From assembly GCF_000020385.1 (NCBI RefSeq), contig NC_010814.1, forward strand, positions 1,260,001-1,292,000: DNA of 32,000 nt, given 5' to 3'. The stretch comes from Trichlorobacter lovleyi SZ. GTDB taxonomy: Bacteria > Desulfobacterota > Desulfuromonadia > Geobacterales > Pseudopelobacteraceae. Positions 26,424-32,000 of the stretch are shown here, in pieces; position 1 is the stretch's first letter; each line of letters begins with the position of its first letter. Below the pieces are notes generated by a model. It was not told where the DNA came from. It did not search any database and was given only the letters and a program-made list of their open reading frames with translations. A program made the translations under genes and the position numbers.

Positions 26424-28579
26424 ATCTTGAATCCTGACATCTCTTTTTCAAGCTGATCTATCTGATGGGAAAGTCCGGTAACGGCACTGTTCATGACCTG
26501 CGCAGCCTGGGAGGTGGTGGCAGATGACTGGCGGATGTTTTCAACCATCCGGTCAATGGAGCGGCTGTGTACGGTCTGGGCGCCGCAGGCCTCCCGGATC
26601 CGGTCGATCATGACGGTGATATCTTCAGTGGCCTTGGCAATCAGGGCGCTGGTCTTGCTCTGCTCTCTGGTGGAACCGCGAACCTGTCCGGTCATCTCCC
26701 GCATCCGTTCTACCGCAATGGTGATCAGGTCACTGCCCCGGCTATGCTCCCGGGCAGAGTTGGCCATCTGTTCCACCATTTCTTCAACCTGCTCCATGGC
26801 AACCCGGATGCTCTGGCTGCCTTTGGCCTGCTCCACCGTGGCCCGGGCAATGGCGTCAATCTGCAGACCAGCCTGACGGACACCGGCCACGATCTTTTCA
26901 AGCGCAGCGCCGGAGCGTTCGGACAGCTCTTCACCGGCACCGATGGCCAGTTCTGCCTGATTGATGGCCGCCACAGCCCGACCGGTATCTTCCTGGACGC
27001 CGGTAATAACCTGGGCTATTTCACGGGTTGAGGTCGAGGTGCGCTCGGCCAGTTCCTTGATCTCATCTGCCACTACGGCAAACCCTTTGCCGTGTTCGCC
27101 AGCCTGGGCAGCGATAATTGCGGCATTCAGGGCCAGCAGGTTGGTCTGTTCGGCCACTTCGTCAATCACCGACAGGATCGCGCCGATGTCGTGAGCACGC
27201 AGTGAAAGGTGCTCCACCACCTCGGCCGTGATCCGGGAGGCGCGACGGATCTCCTGCATGCCGACAATCGTCTCCTGTACCGATTTCAGTCCATTGGCGG
27301 CATCGGTCTTGACGGTTTCCGAGATAATGGCCGTATCCATGGCATTTCTCTCCACCTGGCGGATGGTGGCATCCATCTCGGCCACCGAGGAGGCGGTGGT
27401 GGTGGAGGCATCCAGCAGGCTGGTGATGTTGTTGCCGATCCCTTTGATGGAGGTCGCCATCTGGATCACGGAGGAGCTGACTTCATCCACCGACTCGCCC
27501 AGCTTGTCGGTATTAAGTGCGACCTCCTCAATGCTGGCGGCCATCTGCAGGATTGAAGAGGATGTCTCGGTTGTCGAACAGGAAAGTTGGTCAACCCCTT
27601 CGGAGATCTCATGTACCGAACCGTTGATCAGCTCAACCGTGCGGGAGGTCTCACTGATGGCATCTTCCTGCAGCCGGGTTGCCCCCACGACCTGACGGGC
27701 CGCTGTCTCGATGTTGCGGTCGATTACGGTCAGCTCGCCGGTTGAGGCATTCAGGCGGATGATGATGTTGTGGAGATTTTCGGCCATGGTGTTCATGGCG
27801 GCAGCCAGATCTCCCACCTCGCCGCAGGCCTTGATGGTCAGCCGGTCTTCCAGCGAACCGCCTGCCACCTGCTTGGCAAAATCAACGCAACGCTTGATCG
27901 GGCGGGTGACCGACTCGGTAATGAAGGTGGAAAGTACGGTAATCAGGGTGATCAGAATAAAGATAACAGCAGCCGTTGTAATGGTTTTGCTGCGGGTGAT
28001 GGCAGTGATCTGCTTTTCCGTCTGATAGACATCACGGCGCAGGTTGTCAACCATCAGGGCCACCGTGGAGGTAAATGAACTGAAGCGTTGTTCCTGAATG
28101 CCACTCAGCAGAGCGTTGGCACGTACCATGTCATTGCGCTGAACCGACGGGATGATCTCTTCCAACAGGGTCTTTTTGTAGTCGTTCCAGATCGCTTCCG
28201 CCTTGATGATGGCTTCACGCTTTTGTTGTGACTCGATCAAGCCCTGTACGTCATCGTATTTGAAGTCGATGTCGTCAGTATGGTCCTTGATCTTTGCCAG
28301 CAGGGCCTGGGCATCGTTGCGGTCACGTTCGGCCATGAAGGCCAGCACCTCACCGTTTAACTGGTATATGTCGGACTTGAGCAGGGCGATCTTTTCAAGG
28401 GCATCCTTGCTGTTGCGAATGGTTTTGTAGTTGCTGCCGTTGATCCTGACTTCATTCAACAGCATCACTCCCAATACCACAACAATCAGGATGGCGATAA
28501 AGGAGACCATTGACAGCAGAAACATCCTGGTGCGTAGTTTCAGGCCGGAGCAGGTTGTACCGGGGTTGCTTCCTTCCAC
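26420..28579 (-). CDS. methyl-accepting chemotaxis protein with a long cytoplasmic signalling domain
   Basis: 719 aa. It has two TM segments around a helical periplasmic sensor region, then a HAMP domain. The highly conserved signalling hairpin is [38 protein letters not shown]. The track start is a GTG, and an alternative ATG at 28525 (MFLLSMV) is possible. Confidence 0.9.
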   Translation of the reverse strand: MEGSNPGTTCSGLKLRTRMFLLSMVSFIAILIVVVLGVMLLNEVRINGSNYKTIRNSKDALEKIALLKSDIYQLNGEVLAFMAERDRNDAQALLAKIKDHTDDIDFKYDDVQGLIESQQKREAIIKAEAIWNDYKKTLLEEIIPSVQRNDMVRANALLSGIQEQRFSSFTSTVALMVDNLRRDVYQTEKQITAITRSKTITTAAVIFILITLITVLSTFITESVTRPIKRCVDFAKQVAGGSLEDRLTIKACGEVGDLAAAMNTMAENLHNIIIRLNASTGELTVIDRNIETAARQVVGATRLQEDAISETSRTVELINGSVHEISEGVDQLSCSTTETSSSILQMAASIEEVALNTDKLGESVDEVSSSVIQMATSIKGIGNNITSLLDASTTTASSVAEMDATIRQVERNAMDTAIISETVKTDAANGLKSVQETIVGMQEIRRASRITAEVVEHLSLRAHDIGAILSVIDEVAEQTNLLALNAAIIAAQAGEHGKGFAVVADEIKELAERTSTSTREIAQVITGVQEDTGRAVAAINQAELAIGAGEELSERSGAALEKIVAGVRQAGLQIDAIARATVEQAKGSQSIRVAMEQVEEMVEQMANSAREHSRGSDLITIAVERMREMTGQVRGSTREQSKTSALIAKATEDITVMIDRIREACGAQTVHSRSIDRMVENIRQSSATTSQAAQVMNSAVTGLSHQIDQLEKEMSGFKI

Positions 28580-28798
28580 GGTGAACAGTTCCTTTCGAGG
28601 GACAGGTGCCTTAAAAAGCCGTGGAACTATAGCAGAGCTGGGCAGATCAGGGCAAGCGAAAAGGGGGCGCTCAGAGGGGGGTGAAAAGACCTTTCAGGCG
28701 TTGCATGACTGCGTTGGGACGGTCTGTTTCAGGGATGGTGAGTCGGGGGGGCTGCCGGTCAAGTGAGGTGGTTGACTCATGCGCCCCGGAGTGCACTG

Positions 28799-28833
28799 CT
28801 GCAGCTGCACCTGGGGGGAGGTGACAGCTGCAG
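28799..28833. other. strong hairpin with a G6/C6 loop between the SLT gene stop and the MCP start
   Basis: The arms are CTGCAGCTGCACCT (28799-28812) and AGGTGACAGCTGCAG (28819-28833): 14 bp with one bulge, and a GGGGGG loop. No U-tract follows on either strand. Confidence 0.4.
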
Positions 28834-28875
28834 TCCACGTGAACAGCAGAATAGAGTATGAGGATCTTTGCTGCT

Positions 28876-29559
28876 TTACTGAATACTGCTGGCCTTTTCG
28901 TTCAATGCGACCTTTTCTCTGGTCTGGTCCAGCTCTTCAATCAGTGCCTGCCGGATGGTCCGGAGTTTTTTCAGATAGGCATCGGCCTGGGGGCCTACAC
29001 CGCAGTAAAACTTTTTGGCACGGTCCATGTTGCCATCAGCAACTTCCAGCTTGCTTAGCAGGGTGCGCACCGCTGCCTCGGCACATTTTTCGTCATTACG
29101 CATCTCTTCCGGCGTGTAACCGTGACTGCGGGCCTGTTTGGGCATGAGCTGCCAGACGCCGATGGCCCCTTTGGTTGAGGTTGCCTTGGAGGAGAGTCGA
29201 TGCCCGCCGGTCTCGGCCAGCGCAATTTCAGCCAGATCAAGGGGGGAAAAGGGGGTCCCCAGGGTTTTGAAATAACAGAGAGCTGCCAGGTTGCGGGCAC
29301 GCTCCGGCGTGGTCTGGCGGGCAAAGGCCAGTTCAATCACCGGCACCTGGCGTTTGCGCTCATCCAGAGAGATCCCCTTCTCCATGACATTGCGGATCTC
29401 TTTTTCCAGAGAGGTCTCGTTCAGGTCACGGTCAAGGGATGCGTGGGAGGCCGCCGGTTGAGGCCCCTTGCTGCAGGCCATGAAGAGTACCGGAGTCCAG
29501 AGCAGGAGTAGTCCTGTGGTCATGTAGCTGATTTTTTTGATGATAGTTTGTTTTTTCAT
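28876..29559 (-). CDS. lytic transglycosylase (SLT domain) lipoprotein
   Basis: MKKQTIIKKISYMTTGLLLLWTPVLFMAC carries a lipobox-like LFMAC. The SLT catalytic region is LAETGG...KGAIGVWQLMP. The start is ambiguous: the track uses a TTG at 29637, and I prefer the ATG at 29557-29559. Confidence 0.8.
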   Translation of the reverse strand: MKKQTIIKKISYMTTGLLLLWTPVLFMACSKGPQPAASHASLDRDLNETSLEKEIRNVMEKGISLDERKRQVPVIELAFARQTTPERARNLAALCYFKTLGTPFSPLDLAEIALAETGGHRLSSKATSTKGAIGVWQLMPKQARSHGYTPEEMRNDEKCAEAAVRTLLSKLEVADGNMDRAKKFYCGVGPQADAYLKKLRTIRQALIEELDQTREKVALNEKASSIQ

Positions 29560-29683
29560 AGATTTTAGGGGGAAGGCTGGGCGGATGGCGCCGGACAGGC
29601 AACCAGGGCCGGAAGTGATGGGAGATATGTCCGGCAAACTCCTTTCATACTGAAATTACCGGTAAAATTTTCTTACCGGACTG

Positions 29684-29719
29684 AAAAACGACAAAAGTCC
29701 CGCAGGTAGACGCGAGACT
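29684..29719 (-). terminator. intrinsic terminator after the Rrf2 gene
   Basis: The minus strand reads AGTCTCGC-gtctacct-GCGGGACT, an 8-bp stem including one G-U pair, followed by TTTTGTCGTTTTTC. Confidence 0.55.
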
Positions 29720-29815
29720 TTAAGCTGAACCCTCAGGTTTAATTGTGGTCGTCTTCTATCAGAGCTTCTGCTGCATGTCAATCAAAAACAAGTAAAGTCT
29801 TGCAAATACAGCATG

Positions 29816-30220
29816 TTATAGCGTTGCAAGATCTTTCAGGGTAATGCCTGCCAGGATGCTGCGTACCTGCTGCTGCACCTGACGCCAGACAGGATGGACG
29901 GTGCAGGAGGCATCGCGTTCACACTCACCCGGTTTCAGGACGCAACGGTTCGGCAGGATCGGCCCTTCAACCGCCTCAACCACCTGCAAAAGGGTAATGC
30001 TTTCCGGCGGACCGGCCAGCAGGAAACCACCGCCGGTACCGCGGAATGATTTTACAATGCCGGTTTTGCTGAACTGCTGAAATATCTTTGCCAGAAAGGT
30101 CTGGGGGACATCCACGGCCACAGCGATTTCGCTGAGGAGTGAAATCTTGTTGGGTGGCTGACTTGCCAGATAAATGATGCCACGTATTGCGTAATCACCC
30201 TTACGGGTCAGTTCCATCAT
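29816..30220 (-). CDS. Rrf2 family transcriptional regulator (three-Cys, probably Fe-S binding)
   Basis: 134 aa. It starts MELTRKGDYAIRGIIYLA, has a winged HTH, and carries a C-x6-C-x5-C cluster (CVLKPGECERDASC) at the IscR/NsrR-like position. Confidence 0.9.
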   Translation of the reverse strand: MMELTRKGDYAIRGIIYLASQPPNKISLLSEIAVAVDVPQTFLAKIFQQFSKTGIVKSFRGTGGGFLLAGPPESITLLQVVEAVEGPILPNRCVLKPGECERDASCTVHPVWRQVQQQVRSILAGITLKDLATL

Positions 30221-30251
30221 AGGGGACTCCTAAAAGGACTTTGATGATCCC

Positions 30252-30284
30252 TTTATACCGTGGTGGCAAAAGACTTGTCAAGTC
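30252..30284 (-). promoter_or_regulatory. candidate promoter and palindromic operator of the Rrf2 gene
   Basis: The minus strand reads TTGACA (30276-30281), N18, then TATAAA (30252-30257). The 13-bp palindrome GACTTG-T-CAAGTC (30272-30284) is centred on the -35 element. Confidence 0.5.
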
Positions 30285-30403
30285 CTGTTGCCTTCCCGGT
30301 ATGATCCCCGTTGATTCCTTTATCGTGAAGAGCAGTATAGCACTCTTGTCTCACGTATGATGGCATGCAGACCCGTTTTTGAGGCAGGGCGTTGTCGTAA
30401 CTG

Positions 30404-31255
30404 CTACGCGGCCTCCGGCTCAACGGTTTGACTCACTTTTTTCTTGCCGAAGAGCAGTGCCACCCAGACGCTGACCTCGTACATCAGATAGAGCGGGATC
30501 ATGATCACAAACATGGTTACCAGGTCTGAGTGGAAGGCGGCCACAATCGAACTGGCCAGCAGGGCGTATTTACGTTTGGGAGCCAGAAACTGGTAGGAGA
30601 CAATGCCGAAGCGTGCAAGCAGCAGAGTGATCACCGGCAGCTCGGCAATCAGGCCGAACAGCAGGATCAGACGCAGACAGAAATCAACATAGGCTGACAG
30701 TGACAGCCAGCTGCGTAGTCCCTCGGTTTCGTAGGAAAGTGAAAAGTTGATAATGAAAGGCCAGATGGTGGTCAGAAAAAACATCGCACCGATACAGAAG
30801 GCGATGGTGGCCACAGTGATAAACGGCACCACCAGCTTGCGTTCCTTGCGGGTCAGGCCGGGTGCGATGAAGGCCCAGATCTGGTGAAACACAATCGGTA
30901 GCACCAGCACGAAGCCGGCAATCACCGAGATCTTGCACTGGATAAAGAATGGTTCAAGCGGAGCCGTGTAGTTGAGGGCATGCTGCTTCTTGGGCTTGTT
31001 CAGTTCTTTTTCAAGGTTTGCACGACCGTAGATGGCCGGATAGTTCTCTTTCAGGTAGAGATAGCCCTGCTGTTTGGCCGTATCCAGATAGGTGGTGCCG
31101 GTCAGCGGCTTTTCCATGAAAACCAGGATTTCGTCGGCCAGATTCCAGGCGAAACCCATGCCGATGATCACGGCCACCACGATGATGATCAGGCGTTTGC
31201 GTAACTCGACCAGATGCTCGATAAAGGGGAGAACTTTGGATGGCTCTTCAGACAT
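30404..31255 (-). CDS. tatC: twin-arginine translocase subunit TatC
   Basis: 283 aa from the ATG at 31253-31255, which has AGGAG 5 nt upstream. The N-terminus LPFIEHLVELRKRLI is typical of TatC, and six TM helices follow. The track start at 31312 is probably too long. Confidence 0.9.
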   Translation of the reverse strand: MSEEPSKVLPFIEHLVELRKRLIIIVVAVIIGMGFAWNLADEILVFMEKPLTGTTYLDTAKQQGYLYLKENYPAIYGRANLEKELNKPKKQHALNYTAPLEPFFIQCKISVIAGFVLVLPIVFHQIWAFIAPGLTRKERKLVVPFITVATIAFCIGAMFFLTTIWPFIINFSLSYETEGLRSWLSLSAYVDFCLRLILLFGLIAELPVITLLLARFGIVSYQFLAPKRKYALLASSIVAAFHSDLVTMFVIMIPLYLMYEVSVWVALLFGKKKVSQTVEPEAA

Positions 31256-31312
31256 GACTGCTCCTGTAGGTGGTAATCGGGCAAAACTAGCACAGGCGTT
31301 GCAAAGGCGCAA

Positions 31313-32000
31313 CTAACGCCGGCGATTTCCGTTGCCGGCGCCCTTCGGCACCGGACGCTTTCCCCTGATCGGAATGCGTGGATACTCCTCTGGGGCAGCC
31401 GGTTGTGCCGCAGCCACGTCCCTGCGGACTGTGCTGTGGCTTTCCAGTACAAACTCGATTCTGCGGGCCTGAGGATTGACCGCCACCACCCGTACCCGGA
31501 CAGGGTCGCCGATCCGCAAGGTGCGTCCGGAACGCCGGCCGATCAGTGCGTGGTTTTGTTCATCAAAGTTGTAGAGGTCGTCCGCCAGGGTGGAAATATG
31601 TACCAGTCCTTCCACAAAGACCTCGGACAGTTCTACGAAACAGCCGAAACCGGCCACCCCGGCGATAAAGCCGTCAAACTCCTGGCCGATCCTGCCCTGC
31701 ATGAACTGCAGTTTTTTCAGCTCGACAATATCCCGTTCTGCCTCCATGGCTACCCGTTCACGGGTGCTGGTATGCTCGGCCGCTTCGGAAAGGGTACTGC
31801 CTATCCGGTCCAGTTCGCGCTGTCCTTTTTTGCCCAGTGTCCCGGCTTTGCGCTCCAGTGCCAACCGGAGCAGACGGTGGACAATCAGGTCGGGATAGCG
31901 CCGGATCGGCGAGGTAAAGTGGGTGTAGCAGCTGGAGGCCAGGCCAAAGTGCTTCAGATTTTCAGCAGCATAGCGGGCCTGCTTCATGCAACGCAGCAGG
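31313..32000 (-). CDS. rnr: ribonuclease R, C-terminal part (5' end beyond the right edge)
   Basis: It has the RNB-domain motif [26 protein letters not shown], an S1 domain ([15 protein letters not shown]) and a basic C-terminal tail. The reading frame stays open to the window end. Confidence 0.9.
   Translation of the reverse strand, partial: LLRCMKQARYAAENLKHFGLASSCYTHFTSPIRRYPDLIVHRLLRLALERKAGTLGKKGQRELDRIGSTLSEAAEHTSTRERVAMEAERDIVELKKLQFMQGRIGQEFDGFIAGVAGFGCFVELSEVFVEGLVHISTLADDLYNFDEQNHALIGRRSGRTLRIGDPVRVRVVAVNPQARRIEFVLESHSTVRRDVAAAQPAAPEEYPRIPIRGKRPVPKGAGNGNRRR

Noticed and set aside
28663-28818. A G-quadruplex formed by the four G runs upstream of the MCP.
   Set aside because: The runs are separated by about 8, 63 and 61 nt, which is far beyond canonical quadruplex loop lengths.

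Overview
This is a 32-kb chromosomal window that is GC-rich outside one AT-rich islet: hand-counted 60-nt lines give about 72% G+C inside the large alpha-2-macroglobulin gene and 30% inside the islet. I call 31 protein genes, 27 of them on the minus strand. Gene content (nifH, c-type cytochrome, long MCP) and a Geobacter-type LexA box suggest a Geobacteraceae/Desulfuromonadales-like deltaproteobacterium, but that is inference only.

Core genes, left to right:
- trpB2 (partial), hom, nusB, ribH
- a CxxC zinc-ribbon protein
- a stand-alone nifH with its own candidate sigma-54 promoter and terminator
- a zinc-ribbon membrane protein
- a 1704-aa thioester alpha-2-macroglobulin (A2M)
- an AMMECR1-like protein, VanW and hemW
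- a monoheme cytochrome c
- a small secreted protein, and lexA followed by a 62-aa membrane peptide
- a tightly packed minus-strand string: MCP, trpA, accD, folC, lptD, radical-SAM protein
- an SLT lipoprotein, an Rrf2 regulator, tatC and rnr (partial)

Accessory or unusual content:
1. An islet at about 10.56-13.43 kb carries a higBA-like module and a vapBC module on either side of an orphan, AT-rich 233-aa protein. The higBA cassette is bracketed by ~108-bp direct repeats that duplicate the A2M ribosome-binding site, start codon and first ~15 codons.
2. An IS110-family element of about 1.38 kb is flanked by GTC(A)GTTGAAAAAG.
3. There are two diverged copies, in opposite orientation, of a ~130-bp element bounded by the inverted repeats GTTGAAAAAC/GTTTTTCAAC. 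Its terminus motif is the same as the IS flank motif.

I saw no rRNA, tRNA or CRISPR array. All small-motif coordinates were counted by hand, and nothing was searched against a database.
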